From: Octopus sinensis | Taxonomy: Eukaryota | NCBI RefSeq assembly: GCF_006345805.1 | Contig: NW_021833032.1 | Location: 62,001 to 126,000 of the forward strand | Direction of reading: 5' to 3' | DNA length: 64,000 bases | Position numbers and translations under genes: made by a program | The notes under the pieces: generated by a model | The model's input: only the letters and a program-made list of their open reading frames with translations | The model's database searches: none | Told to the model about the DNA's origin: nothing | Part shown: piece after piece, positions 13,501-28,900 of the stretch | How positions within the stretch are numbered: the first letter of the stretch is position 1 | Layout of the letters: every line of letters starts with the position of its first letter

Positions 13501-16500
13501 TCTGTTGTGAAGAGGTGCTGTGGTTGTGACCATCTTTCGTTTTGTTTCTTTGTGGAACTTCTTTCCACTCTGTCCGTTTTTATCTTTTTGCATATTTCCA
13601 AATCAAACTCGAGAAGGGGTAACTCTCTTGGGCCGGTCTCTCTTGCTGTTCTTTTTAGGGCATATTTTTGAGATTTTTTTGTTGTTGATTTTTCTTTTGT
13701 TCCGTTGTTGTGGTTTCTGCTGTGGTTTCCACAGCCAGTCCTGTTGCTTTTGCTGTGTTTGCTATTCTTCCCATTGGTGATGTTGCTGTTGCGGTTACTG
13801 TTGCTCTTCCCTGGTTTGTTTTTCGTTGTTGTTTTCTCTTCTATTAGTTTTGTTGTATTTTCTATACATTGTGTTGACGTTGCTGCTTTGGGTGGAGGTG
13901 GTGTTGCTTCTACTGTAGTTTACCTCTGCTATTGTTGGTGTTGCTGTGATAATGCTTTTGGTGGAAGGATAAGTTTCCCAACTGATCCCTCCGGGAAAAA
14001 GGTTCTGAGGTGGTCCCTCTGTCGCAGAGATAGCAAATTGGTTTACGACCCTTCACCGATAAATGCAGCTTTGCGCCTTCCGGTAAGTGGTTGAGATCTG
14101 GTATTATTCCGAGCGTTTGATAGTCTACTTGAATTAACAGCTAAGATCCTTGACCCCGCCAATTATAATAGTGTAACTTGTGTATTTGAAGAATCTCAAC
14201 TTTAACTTCATTGTCAATTAGGACGGACGCCACTTACCATAAATGTCGAATTCTGGGGGTAATTAACCAATTTTTATTTTGGAAAATCACCGACCAAGGT
14301 AAGGCGGTAAGAGCACTTGTTCCTCTGTCTTTAGAGGTACTGTGGGGTGTTACCTTGCTTCGTCTTCCGTGGTGGACCTCACTTCGACAGGGCCATATGT
14401 TCTTCCCCTTGCCACGTATGCGATTTTGTTCTAGACTGGTTGCAAACATTTTCCAACTTTTCCTTTGTAGCCTGTTCATTTATTTTCATCGTTAGAGTCT
14501 TGTAGGACTAAGGTTTGCGAACTGTTTTTGTATAATATCAAAAGGGTGGTGGTGTTAATAAGACATTTCTACCGTTTCTTTGTATTAATCATTTATATTT
14601 CTGTAAATTGCCAACGTTTATATTCTCTCTTGATTGACTTTCACGACAGCGGCGAAACTGCGACTGTTGCATTTATTTTGCTTATTTTCTTCGCTGGGTT
14701 CAATTCTTTTACTGGTTGTGGTAGCGGTGGCATTGGAAACTTGTCTATGTGGTGTTGCTCGTGTTTTCATTTGCAAAATTTTAATTTCTTCTTGTTTGTG
14801 ACAAGGAAGAGTGGGAAACATTCCTTCGTACTGCCAAATTTGGTGGGTGGAGGCCGTTGCTTCCTGCGTAGCCGGAGGCCATGTTTGTGTTTTAAAGTTA
14901 AATTAATACATGATTGAAGTCCAGATTGAGATTCGCCCCCAAAACGGCGAATTTGTACGGTCAAAGAAACTTCCCCTGTCAAGAAGGTTCAGTTTTAAAG
15001 ACTTAAAAGGTCCAAAATATTCACAAAGTTTGTGAAAGTGAAAATTAAAACCTCACGGGCGCAAATAAGCAAGTCCGTTCAGCAAGAAATTCGTTTTTTA
15101 TTAGCCATTGAGAGTTCAACATAGAGGAACAGTACAGGACATACGGGTGGGGACATACATGAAAGTCGTGTACAAAACAATTAACAATAGTAAAAGATAA
15201 AAAAAAGATTATGTAGAAATATTCAGCAACTGTAATTTCCCAAAAGGGGGAGGTTTCCTGAGTTGGTCGTGGAAACCCCACAAGTCACGAAACAACCTCA
15301 TAATTAGGACAAAAAGCCTAGATATTTATGCTCGAGTCAGACCCATATATTCAAGCAATGTTTACCTATCCTTCCAGTGCGATATCCACTAGACAGAGAA
15401 AAACTGCCCGCCTTTCCCGGTTAAAGGAAAACGGTGGAGCAATATTTATAATGGACTCAGTTGACATCTGTGATCGTCCAAAATGCGACAGCGGGTATTC
15501 AACATAAACCATAATTCAGATAATTTTAGGCACTGTACGAGCGCGTGTAGAAAAGTCTCAAGACTTGGTCGCATCATGGGCTGGTCCGACTTTTGTGCCT
15601 GTATAGTTTATATCAACAAGTAGTGCCCTCCGGTAGCACCGTCAGGCCAGGAATTTATGGTTGTTATCCATGGAGCCTGGCCCGAAAATCCTCCAGAACA
15701 GACTAACGAGTTATTATCGTCGACGCAGTCTCCCTGAGAATAACATCGCACATATTAGCTACTAAATGTCCATAGAAAGCCAAGGTGGAACCCCCACTGA
15801 TCCATGGGTTCTGCTCATCGAAAGAGACGACCTGTGGGAAAGCGAGTCTGAGAAAGGGTGACTACATCTACTCATCGTCAAGGTAAAGCCGGAGATGTCG
15901 CAGCCTCAGCACATGTCTGCGCATTTTTAGCCACGGCATTCCCAGCCCTCCATTCAGTGACTGTTGGCAGTAGATAGAGCGCCTGGCCAGCGGGCCGGGT
16001 TCCTTCCACAGTAAGCGCAAAAGTAACTGTTCCAGTTTGTTCAGGCACGAATTAAGGCAAGAAACGACGGCCAGGAGGTAGAAGATGACGGATGCGATGT
16101 ATATATTCGATACTTCTGCCCGTCCTTTCAGCGAGAGCTTTTTTTCAGCCCATTTCTGGGTGTTATTGGCTACCCTGTCCGCTACCTCGTCCCAGTTCTT
16201 CTCTACCTGGACGTTCGGACCGAATCAGGCGCCGAACCGTTCGTCAATCGTCAGACGACGTTGCTAGACGTCATCAATCTGCCTCTCCAGGTGCCAAGTT
16301 TGCATGCCGGCTGACTATTCTGGGTTTACTTTTGTTCCTATCACCACCTATTCTTTTCCGACATGAACAAAAAGGTGCAAGTGGTTGTCATTCACAACTA
16401 TGACGGTGACATCATCCGCATATGACGAGACAGATCTTCTGCACCCTAGTTCATACGGCATGCTCCTCAAGGCCTCCAGTTTCTGCAGTAATGGTTCCAG

Positions 16501-19500
16501 ACTCAATACATAAAGTATAGAGAAGAGTGAACATCTTTAAATCTGCATTTAGCAGTGTGACGGGCCTAAAGTTATTAATTACAACCTCCTTGTTTGGGTC
16601 TTTTTTTAGCAGTACCACAAACCTAGGCTCTCAGAGTTAGGAATTTTCCTATTCCGTCACAAGTTGCCCTAGATATCTGCCAAAATGCATTCAAACAGGT
16701 CTGGCATGCATACTATAATAACTTTCATACGAAATACTATCCACAACCGACGACTTGCCCACCGTGCAGCCAGCAAATTTATCCCATACCTCTGTGGCTT
16801 TTATCGCCAAGAGTCGTGGAAGGCCAACAAGGAATTCCGTGAAGTCCATGCTGCGTTTTGGCCATCCTCTCGTCCCAATTGGGCGATGTGCTTCTGAAAG
16901 CTCGTACACATCCGGCCGAGTTCGTGTATCATGCACCCATTTTTGTCAACTAAAGACCGAATGGTGGCTTTGCTGTTACGCTGCACCTCTACCACCCGGG
17001 CCCACCGATCCCTCATGTTTCATAGCACGTGCCTGATCTCTGACAATGCAACCCTCGTGCTTAGTATTGACGTATTGGTCGAGGGACAGTCACGCTGCCA
17101 GCACATCAGTTGCAAAGCCTACCCTTAACGCCTCTTATAAGGTTCTAAATAAATCATCCTCTTATCTGTTTTTTCTAACGCTAAAGCCTCGCTAAACCTA
17201 ACTGATGCTATTCTTATCTTCTAACCTAATGAAAACTATCGAGATATTATATGGAAGACCCGATGCGGTTGGTCCAAGTCCACATTGGTACATTCGGATA
17301 ATCCAGTCGATACCTGTCAAAAAACTGTCTATGCAGGTTTGCGAGGCATTCGTTACCTCTTCTTTAACCTCTTGACCCCACGCTATCCACACGTGCATCG
17401 AGGATGATGTTAAAGTCGCCAAATAATACTAACCTTCCAGACGTTCATAGGAAAACCTCCAGGAACTTAAAATAATCCGATTGTCCAACATCTGTTGGTG
17501 AAGCGACTAGTGTGAAGGCACGACCGTCACTGCCATTCACATCGAGGATAACTAGCCTGTATTCTGGGTCCACAAAGACTGCCCTGATCTCTAGATCCAG
17601 AGATTTCCGGAATAGAACCGCAGCTCCACCACCCACTCTCAGCTGGAACAGAGACGCGTAGATCTTGTATCCATCGCAGAGAGGCATGCCAGTTTGCATC
17701 CCTGTCAGTCTGGTTTCGCTAATGGTTTCCTTGCTTCCAATGCGATCTCAGGCCACGTACATTTAAACTACTTAACTTGAGCAAGACCATGATGGATGAA
17801 AATGGGAAAAAACGGGACGAATAGTTACTTACGGTTTTAGCTGAGGGGAGTATGAATGGCTGACTTCCACGATCAGATTTCTATAAAGCTGTTTGTTTAG
17901 GTTTGTTTGGAAGTTGCCCATCGCGTTGGGGTAGTTCATTTTAAGTTAATGTAAGTAATGTTCGAAATGCTGAGGATCTGTACGTATGATGGAACGTTGG
18001 GTGGTGCGCAAGAAAAATTGTTTGGGACGATATCTGTGTCTTCGTATATGTATTTCATGAGCTGTGTGTTATGTGTGTTTATTGCCGTATAGGTTTGCAA
18101 TTTATTGGATGGTGGTGTTTGTTTGGTATGTGGTACTGGCAGTGGTATTAGTAGTGTTGGTAATGTGTGTGCTGTGGTTTATGTTTGCGTGAATGTGGTG
18201 TCTGTGTTGTGGGGAAGTACTGGGTTTGTGTCTATTTTCCTTTTTGCGACTTCTCTCCACTCGTTGCATTGCAGGTTTCAGAGTCGGACTCGGGAAGGAG
18301 TATATCTGTTGGGTTGGTGTCTTTTTTACTTGGTGCTGCTGTTGTCGCGTCTGCTGTACTTTCCCGCACCCAGTATTGCTGCTGTATGGAGTGTCCCTTC
18401 CAATGAAGATGCTGCTACTGCCGCTGTTGCTGTTGTCGCTTCTGCTGCTTTCTACGCTGCTGTTCTTGTTGATGTTGTTGGAGTCCCTTCTGCAGCTTGA
18501 GTAGTCGCTACTGGTTTAAGTGGTGGTGGAGCAGCCTTGAATGCAGCATGCACCTGTTGCTCTCGGTGCAGCTGTGTTACCATCTTTGCTGGTCGTCGCG
18601 GGCAAAAGCCTTGGAGGTGGTTCCTCTGCCCGCAGAAATAGCACCTAGCTCTATGCCGCTCCACCGATACGTGCAGCTTTGCACCTTCTGGAAGGTGGAT
18701 AAGGTCTGGAACCCTTTCAAGCGCTTTCTGGTCTGCCTATATCAAAATCTTCACTTCCTGCTGCCCACCAATTCTGTTGGTGTATTTCGTTTATTTATCT
18801 TTTTTATCTTCTTCGATGTCGAGTAACGCGGATGCTATTTCCCAAAAGATGTGAAATTCTGGAGGAACCTCCTCAATTTTTATCGTTGGAACTCTCCGAC
18901 CGAAGTTAATCGGCAGGAGAACTACTGTCTTTAGAGCCCCTGTGGAGTGAAACCTGACTTCCTCATTTGAAATTAGCTTTTTGTAGGTGACAGCTCTACA
19001 TGAAGTGGGTTGTGTGATATAACCGGAGGCGGGGGTCAATGTGAAATTTGTTCCTTTTCTTTTGATTGGATATTTGATTTTTTAAAAATCATCCATATTT
19101 ATGTTGAGCGTTTCTTGGTAGAGTTTTGCTACGGAAGTGAAACCGTGACTGTCGAATTTGTTTCTTTATCTCGATAGTATCAAGTGATTTGCTGACTGTA
19201 GTGACGTTCGAAATTTTCTCCGACGTGATTTCATTTGCCGATACTTTTTACATCTTTCCTCTTGTTCGCATTGCGGAAGTGGAAGAAATATTTTTCCAAA
19301 GTTTACTTTGAGGGAGGGGGCATTTCTTTTTCCAGGGCGAGAGGCAATGTTTAGAAGAATAAAAAAAAATGAGTGCCATAAATCAAACTCACAGTACACA
19401 AAAGAGGATAAAGATTCGTTCCCAAAGGGCGATATGTATATTCCAACCCCCCCTTAAAGCAGCTTCCCTTTTATAGACTTTAAATATTTAAAATAAATTA

Positions 19501-22500
19501 TACATGTTTGGACACACAAGAAAAATCTGGAACCAAATTGCAGTTTCATCGCCTTGTCTCGGGTGCCACTGAAACGTTAGATTTTGTATCCTCCAAAGAG
19601 GGGCGAGAAAACTTGTGGTCCGGTCAGTCTGGCTTCACTAATGACTACACCGTCCAAATCCAGTGAACTGAGGTCGTTTAGAAAGCGTCCTTACTTGAAA
19701 AATGAACCCTGTCCACGCACGTTTAAACTGCCTTGCTTGAGCAAAACAATGTTGAGAGAAATGGGAAAACAAAATGATGCACAACTTACTTTTTGGGCTG
19801 CGGCGAGGGTGAATGGTTTCTCTCACCCTTCTCGGTGGTTGTAGGAGTTTCCACGATCAGGTTTTGTATAAACTTTTGGTTATTGTTCTTTGGAAATTTC
19901 CCAGCGCAAAGGGGTAGATTTCTTTTCAAGAAATTAAGGTGTTGTTAGTTATGCTGAGTATTTGTATTTGAGGTGAAGCGTTAGGTGCTGTGATCTTTTG
20001 GTGTGATGTTGGTAGTTTTATGTATGTATTTCATTAGGGCTTCAATATGTGGATTGCAGGGAAATTTACGAAGGTGATTTCGAAGGGGATATTTGTATGG
20101 CGGGTGGTGTTGGCAGCGGTATTAGTGGTGTTTGTAATGTTGGTGTTATAGTAGATAGTTGTGTGTATGTGTTGTGGGGAGGTGCTTGGATGGTGTCCTT
20201 CATGCATTTTTTCCATTTAGGGACTTCGCTCAACTAGTGTTTGTTTCCTTCTCTGGAAGTGTCTCCTACTTGTTGCTCCTCTTCTCCTTCTTTCCCTTCT
20301 TTTTTTCTTCTTCTTCTTCTTCTTCTTCGCCCTCGCCCCTCCTCATTCTTCTTCTTCTTCTTCTTTTTCTTCTTCTCCTTCTTTTTCATCATCATCATCT
20401 TCTTCTTCTTCTTCTTCTTCTTCTTCTTCTTTTTCTTCTTCTTTTTCTTCTTCTTTTTCTTCTTCTTCATCATCATTATCTACTTCTTCTTCATCATCTT
20501 TTTCTTTTTCTTTTTCTTACCATAAATGTTCTTCTTGACACAATTTTATATTCCAGGTATTTGGCTGGTAACGAAATCGAAGAAATCAACGAAAACACTT
20601 TCCAAAATCTCTCCAGTTTAAAATATCTGTAAGTTGAATCAATCTTCTTTTATACTATTGCACTGAAGATATCTTCCTAAATCCGTAATGTCTTTCCATA
20701 CTTCAATTTAAGGTCTACATCCGTCTCTCTATACATGCATTTTATTGATTTTGGATGTTTGTGAAAGTGAGTCTGGGTCCACTTTTAAGATAGGAGATAT
20801 ATGCGAATGATTGTGACTGTGAGTGTGGTAGCATTTCTGACAGTTGGTATATATATATATATATCAGTGTGACACTTGAGGAGGCATAGTTAATGCATAC
20901 CTGTGTTTATATATAAATACTTGTCTCGGTGTATGGATGAGTGAATGGGAGTGTAAAAAAATGAGTGTGTAATTCAGTGTCTATATCATGTACGTTGTTT
21001 ACCTCGAGATCTGTGGTTCTTAACCTAGGAGCGCACCTCCTGGGGCAGGATGTGCGTCAGTAACTGTGAAGGGAGCGCGACCGCTTGCGAAAAAGTAGAA
21101 GTTTCTCTAATTATATGTGTTATTTTCTTAACGAGAACATGGTCAAATAATGACAAGTTTATGAAAAAAATGCAAAATTATCGCCTAATACCTTTAGATT
21201 TCTTATTCTACTATCTTAGCGCCACTCATCATTTTCTGTAATTTCATATCCTTGAAAACTCTCACTTATTTCTGAATTGTAGCTTTAACATTTGCCTATA
21301 TTTTAACACTTTAACATTTGCCTTTTATTTTTGTGTTGTTACAAGAAGACTCAGGTTAATAACCCCTGCTACAAGGCATAGATACTATTAACATCTTTTC
21401 CAGTTAATAGATTATAAACAAGTTTGATCCACAGTTTTCATATATATGAAATAATGTGATTCTTAAAAATCAAGAGACATGCTGAAACATTATCAAATCA
21501 TTATAGTAACATACTAAGAAATATTGACTTAATTTAACAAATTGAAAACTATTTTAAAATATTAGGAAGATCAAAAGTATTATATAATTAAAAATAGGAA
21601 ATAAAACAAAAATAATAGATTCTACTATTTCTCAATTTAATAAAGTCTCAAAACAATTAAAACACACATTAGAAAAAAATATTGGCAATAAAACCAAATT
21701 TTTTTTTATTAAATGCTTATGTGAAAGATATAGTAAACACGTTCGTAAGAAAATAATTATAATATAAAGCCAAATGTTAAACTAAAATCAAACTTAAATA
21801 TTACAGAAAGTACTAGGTAAAACTAAAACCTATGCAAAATGTTTTTTTTTCTCAAGAAACTTTTTTTTTATATTTTCGTACAAAAACTACATTTTATTGT
21901 ACAAATGTTTCGTATAACTGTTCTTTTACTCCAAATATTAAAAAAAAAATTTCAGAACTTTGTACTCAAAATGTTCCAACTTGGTCCTTGAGATAACCTT
22001 ACGCGTGTCTTACCATTTGTTCTCATATTTCTGTTGTCCACTGCACATGAAATAATTCGCAATGAGTACAGAGTAATCGAAGTATCTTGACGAATTTATT
22101 TCGATTTGGATTCGTGTCCCTCCAAACGGGTGACACAGAAGTCCCCCAGTGCGTGGTATGTTACAAAACTTTGAGCAATGATGGAATGCGACCCTCACGC
22201 TTGGAATGCCACTTGAGGACAACACATCCTACTCTTGCAGACAAGCTCAAGACATTCTCTGAAACAAAAAGAAGTTTCTTGAAGCAAGCTAGATTTGCTT
22301 GTGGGGCATTTCGGCAACAAATTTCAATAATTGTCGAGACTTCCTATGAGATCGCCATGTTGATTGCAAAGAGCAAGAAGAGCCATAATATCGGAGAGTC
22401 TCTCCTAAAACCAAGTCTACTACCTGCAGCAGAACTCGTTCAGGGAAAAGATAGTCCATACAAGCTTTCCCCGATTTCACAATCAAATGATACAGTCAAG

Positions 22501-23537
22501 TGAAGGATCGACGACTTGTCTGAAAACATCAAAGATCAAATTCTCGACCAGGTAAAAGTGTGTACTGATGGAGCTCCGGCCATGCTTGGTCTGCAGTCTG
22601 GATTCATTGCTAGAGTGAAGGAAAAAACTTCATCTGTTGTAGTACACACTGCATACTTCATCGTGAAGACTTACTATCCAAAACCTTCCCAACTGAAATT
22701 AGAAAACTCCTGAACGTGGCTATCATGGTTGTCAACTTTGTTAAAGGTGGAGCCTAAACAGTCGTCTTTTTAAACTGCTCTGTAAAGATATGGATTCTGA
22801 AAGGAAGCATCGCTTTCTCACACGCATGTGCGATGGCGATCAAAAAGGGAACATGCTTGGACAGCTTAATGAACGACGAGAAGTAGTAATACTTCTAGAT
22901 TTGCAACCGAAGGCAGATCTCCATGACAATTTCTAGTCTGAAGGCTTTCAGCTATCTCTAGCATACCTGGCGGACAGGTATGCTAGAGAATGCTCTCGAC
23001 TTTAAACTATAATGGTAAAACATCAACATTCTCACATACCACGACATCATTGGAACCTTCATGATGAAACTCGAAGATATATAATTTAAACATTAGTTTC
23101 CTTTATATTTAACCTTCACTATCAATATCCCTGCTCTTTCTGTAAGCTACTTCTGACGTTATATCATATAACGTTTTTTAAATAATATTAATAGCGTTCA
23201 GTTAATTGCTATACAAATCCATCATTTTTTGCTATAATTTCGTATTGATGAGATTCGTTTTTCACTTTCCTGAAGAGAAAATTGCATTGTTTATACCGTT
23301 TATACTTTTGAATGGTATCAGTGGAATTTTCGAAACATGTGTCAAAAGTAAAGATATTTGATTTATACCTGCGTTAAACTCCATTTATTTATTCATATAT
23401 TATACAAACAATTGCACGTAAACATGAAGTTTCTACCTTTATAAACAAGGAGTTACAACCGCTTTACTTGTGAGATTTTTGCTACCCTGGTAACTATTTA
23501 TTTTTTCCGTGTTAATTGTTAACAAGGTAAAAATACA

Positions 23538-23582
<45 letters not shown>

Positions 23583-23624
23583 ATATATATATATATATAT
23601 ATTATATACATACATATATATATA

Positions 23625-23664
<40 letters not shown>

Positions 23665-24124
23665 GTCATAACATAGCAGTTTTGTGAAGAGGACAGTAAT
23701 GTGGCAAATACCTTATATAGCATGAAATTATACCCACCTCATTGTGGATTAACTATGGATAAATTCATCGTCTGTGAGTATGAAATACCTCCTCATATCT
23801 CTGGAAATTTACACCTACACTATGGATGGATCAAACTTCTCTGTGAAGCTAATAAGCTTTTTTAAAACCTGTGATAAGACTGTGCATCATCATTAAAGAA
23901 CTTTGGAAGTCTGTTTACAACCTGAATCTGCTTTTAATGAAATTATCTCCAATACTTCATGAGCGTAGCCTCACCCACTAAGATGTTTGGAGAACTCATA
24001 TGTGTTTTAGCTGATGAGTACGGGACACTTTTATCTGCTGCAATATTTGCAACTTTTAGTAAAGCCTGTCTTTGTATGAAACAATTGTACTAAAAACTAA
24101 TCCATTCCTGTTGCTTCTTTTCTC

Positions 24125-24166
<42 letters not shown>

Positions 24167-25494
24167 GAAATATTTTACAAAAAGGAAATATAAAATACAC
24201 GTGGAAATGTAAGGGTAAAATATGAAAAATCAACGAAAATGCACATTGCAAATAAAAAAAGGCTATTTATGACAGGTAACGACAAATATAAACATTTAGA
24301 TTTACTGAGGTAGTGATAAGAGTCATAAAAGTCATTATTATTAGATGATTATAAGATGATAATAAAGTAAGAGAACAAAGCGAAAAACACCGGCTAATAC
24401 ACGGTGTTAGGTCTAATAGTTCCTGAGAAAAAAGATTATTTGTAAGAGAGGTAAGTAGTTCTGTATTATTTGTAAGGGAGGTAAGTAGTTCTGGATTTAG
24501 AGATGTGAGTGGTGTAGGGAGTGTATAGGGGTTAGTGGTTTCAATTGAAGAGTTAGTGGTTTCAATTGAAGAATTAGTGTTGTTCTGCATTGAGTTGTGT
24601 GTTCATATTTAGTTGGGGGAGAAATTTATTGATGAAAAATGCCTCTTTATTCAACCTTTGTTGCATTGTGGTGTTCTGTGAACATTGGTAAAAGGGAAAT
24701 ATTTGGAAATTGGGATTAAGATTCCTGGCACACCTATGTGTTCACTCACCTTTAACTGTCTGTATTGTGTGTGACGGATTTGTTCTTTGTGAATGGTAAT
24801 TCTTTGACGGAGCGAAATTTCTGTTTGTCCAATATAGAGTTTACCACATCCTATGCATGTCATGTCATAGATTACATTTACTGAGGCGCAGGTGAAATTT
24901 GATTTGATCTTAAATATTTGTCCTTGTTTGAATTGGAATTCTGAACCCTCCAGAAGGTGGAGGCATGTTCCACAGTTAGAACGTCCACATTTTGTCACTT
25001 TTGGCTCTGTTGTTAGTGGATACAGTCTAGCGCTGGTTAAAATTTTTTCAGTGACTTCGGTTGCTTTTTATAATTTTATATGAGCTCAAAGTTTCGTTCA
25101 TTGTTTTGTCTGCTGTGAGGATGGGAAGATTTTGGGTGATGATGTTGAAGGCTTAGTTGTTTCTAGGGTTATGTGGGGAAATGTACTGCAGTATTTTTAA
25201 GTCTTGTTTAGTATTTCGGCTAGTTTTCCTTAACATTTGTATATCTATTTCCTTAGCTCTTTTGATGCCTTCATTTACTAATGAGATTGGGTAATGTCTT
25301 TTAGTTAGTGTAGATCTAAGTTCAAGGAGTCTATGTTCTCGAGTGTATGTATCGGAAACTATGGTGCAGATTCTTTTCGCTAGGTTAAAGGGTATGTGTT
25401 TGGGGTGGCAGGAGTTAAATAATAGTTATTGTTTAGAATCTGTGGGTTTATAAAAGATGTCTGTTTCTATGTGGTTGTTCACTATTCTAATTAA

Positions 25495-25591
<97 letters not shown>

Positions 25592-25850
25592 CTTTGTGTA
25601 TGGATGTTTGTATGCGAATGTGCCAATGTATGTGTGTAATTCGGTAATATCATGTACAGTGTATACGTCTCCATCACCGCTAATTAACCATACTACACCC
25701 TCCTTCTTCTTCTTCTTCTTCTTCTTCTTCTTCTTCTTTCTTCTTCTTCTTCTTCTTCTTCTTCTCTTCTTCTTCTTCTTCTTCTTCTTCTTCTCCTCCT
25801 TCTTCTTGTGAATGTTATTATTACTATTATTATTATTATTATTATTATTA

Positions 25851-25881
<31 letters not shown>

Positions 25882-25884
25882 TTT

Positions 25885-25940
<56 letters not shown>

Positions 25941-28900
25941 CGTCAAACTGACAAGCCTCACTTGACATGACTATGAATTTTGTAAATAAAAACACATAAT
26001 ACGTGTATTTGCACCCTTCAAGTTTGTACTGTCGTGGAAATTGCTGTCGAGTGGTGAGTTTATTTTTCTGCTTTCTCGCCCATTTTGTGGGGACAAATCA
26101 GTTGATTTTGTTTTCCATTCAAAGTTGTTTGCGTTTAACATGGAGAAAGCAAAACAAAACACGGTGACACTCATTTGTGAGAACAGGAATGAGAGTGAGG
26201 AGCATCACCAAACGCCAATAAGAGAGAGAGAGTGCAAGAGTGGCAGACGATGGCGCGTTAGAAAAAGAAAACAGATTGCAGCTGTATTTTGGTTTTTAAA
26301 AAAAGGCAAAAAGGCAAGAAGGGCTAATTTCTTTCGAGAAAGATCTCATAAAGGAACTTTTGGAAAAACAAATATTTCATTTTCGACAACATTACTCAAA
26401 ATGAAAGCAGCAATTTCGAAAATGTAATCAATAGGCCCTTTCGTGAGTGAAGCGACGGACGATGCGAGTACAAGTAACCACAACAACAACAACAGCAGTA
26501 ATAACAACAGCAAAAACAACAGCAGCAATAACAGCAATAACATCAGTAGCACCACCAACAATAGCAGAAGTGGCAACAGCAACAACAACGATAAAAACAA
26601 CGATGGAACTGAGAAAAAAAGCTGTTGCAACGGCTTGAAGTAACTCGAAACTTTCCTTGGCTGGAGGTACCAAGTCATCTCTTCAGACAGTACAAATCTC
26701 TGAAAGGGAACATAAATATGCCAGGCAGCTAACCGAGAGAGAAGTCTTACTGTAAAGCTAAATACCCCTTTGAAATTATTCAGGTTATGCTAAGTTGCAC
26801 AGTGACGTACCGTACCATCGGATAAAAATCAAGATGGGTAGAAATATCTAAGCAGTTCAAATACAAAAGGGTGAAATCCATAGCAATAGTTACAGAAAGG
26901 AAGGGGATATAGGATGGTAGAGATCAGATTCTGCGCAAAGGAAGCTAAAATCTCACTCTCTGAATCCCCTCGAATTCCCTATTTTGAGCCAGACGAAATG
27001 TGCGTTCCTCTCCAAGCTCTCATGAATAATCATGAATGAATTAGCGAAGATGAAATTCTATGTTTTAACATAGCTCAGGATTGGAAGCTCATGAAACATT
27101 GGAATAAATTTCAAACCGAAGGTTTTAAAGTTATATTTGAAAGATTGAGTAAGAATTCTGGTCAAACCTCTGGTTTTAGGCACCATGAGTTACTCCTTGT
27201 TTGCCAAAGACTTTATCAACCATTTTCCTGCCTTACCACAAGATTTCTTGTGGAAATTCTCATCAATGTCCTATTCCCACGTCCTAAAAATGGAGGTTCG
27301 AGGGCTTTCAGATACGTGTGGGGCTACTCACAAACTGTTTTACGATCAGTTCATGCCAGATACTGACGTCCAAAGGGCTCAAACTAGGTGATGAATGAGG
27401 CCAAGTGCCCTTATCCTAAAACCTTTTCGCAAACTCATCCATGGGAAACATTTGTCTCACTACACTTGTGTCACAAAGAAGATCCTCTTACCATCAGAGA
27501 TCATGCAGTTGAAAATTATCACTTGGACACTTTTGGCTTTCTCGTGAGCTGAAACCAGAACTCAGCTGTCGCGTCGGTTTGTGTGCATATCCTGGTTGAA
27601 TATCTTCTCACTCGAAGGTTGTGTTTCACTTTGTCGCAGATGAACTTCGCCCTCTCTCTAATCATCATCTACATTTACATTTTTTAATTATATCTATTTT
27701 TTTCGTCATAATATTTAACATTTTGACACTAAACTTTTCTATATGTTTGTTATGAACTCCGTTTTATGTTTCAGGGATTTGTATGGCAATAATATAAAGT
27801 ATATTCAACGCGGTACCTTCGAAAACCTTCAAAATTTAGAAGAACTGTGAGTTGGGTCGCTTTTGTTCGTACCATCTATTTCCCAATATATCTATATTCT
27901 TAATATTTTCTCCAACTTTGTTTTCTATCTCTCTTTCTAGAGTGTATCTGTCTAACAACCGTTCACTCTCTCCATAGTTTTCTCTGAGTGTATGTGTGAA
28001 TGCGTGTTTGTGAAAGTGTAGGCGTGTGGATGAATGAGCTTCTTTTTTACTTACTTCTTATGCATAGGTAATCATGTTCTTGTTTCTAAACATCCGTTTA
28101 CCTAATATTCAAATTCTCATTATTCAGCTATATTCTATCATTTTTTCTCGTTCTTTACTTCTTTATTCTAGTTTTCTAAGTTTATCTTTTAATCTTCATA
28201 TGTTTATGTGTATGGATGTACAGACACCGAGTATATCAGAAAAAAGTGTTCAAATTTTAGATAGAACTTCGGAACGTTGTGTCTCAGTATCACTGAAAGG
28301 TAACAGAACTATCAGCGGCTTTTCTAACACAAATGGATCCTATTTTGAGCAAGACGATATGTGAGTTCCTCTCCAAGCTCTCATAAATAATCATGAATGA
28401 ATTGGCGAAGATGAAATTCTATGTTTTAACATAGCTCAGGATTGGGAGCTCATGAAACATTGGAATAAAGTTCAAACGGAAGGTTTTAAAGTTATATTTG
28501 AGAGATTGAGTAAGAATTCTGGCCAAACCTCTGGTTTTTAGGCATCATGAGTTACTCCTTGTTTGCCAAAGACTTTATCAACCATTTTCCTGCCTTACCA
28601 CAAGATGTCTTGTGGAAATTCTCATCAAAGTCCTATTCCCACGTCCTAAAAATGGAGGTTCGGGGGCTTTCAGATACGTGTGGGGCTACTCATAAACTTT
28701 TTTACGACCAGTTCATGCCAGATGCTGACGTCCAAAGGGCTCAAACCAGGTGATGAATGAGGCTAAGTGTCCTTATCCTAAAACCTTTTCGCAAACTCAT
28801 CCATGGGAAACATTTGTCTCACTACACTTGTGTCACAAGGAACATCCTCTTACCATCAGAGATCATGCAGTTGAAAATTATCACTTAGTCAGGTGTTTGC

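Noticed and set aside
20159-20556. Poly-Leu transmembrane-like stretch upstream of an LRR in ORF 20159-20632
   Set aside because: It is the (CTT)n tract; the coding part starts at the splice acceptor at 20557.
22087-22713. Domesticated ZBED/FAM200-like host gene
   Set aside because: Stops, frameshifts and a large internal deletion; a dead hAT copy in an intron.
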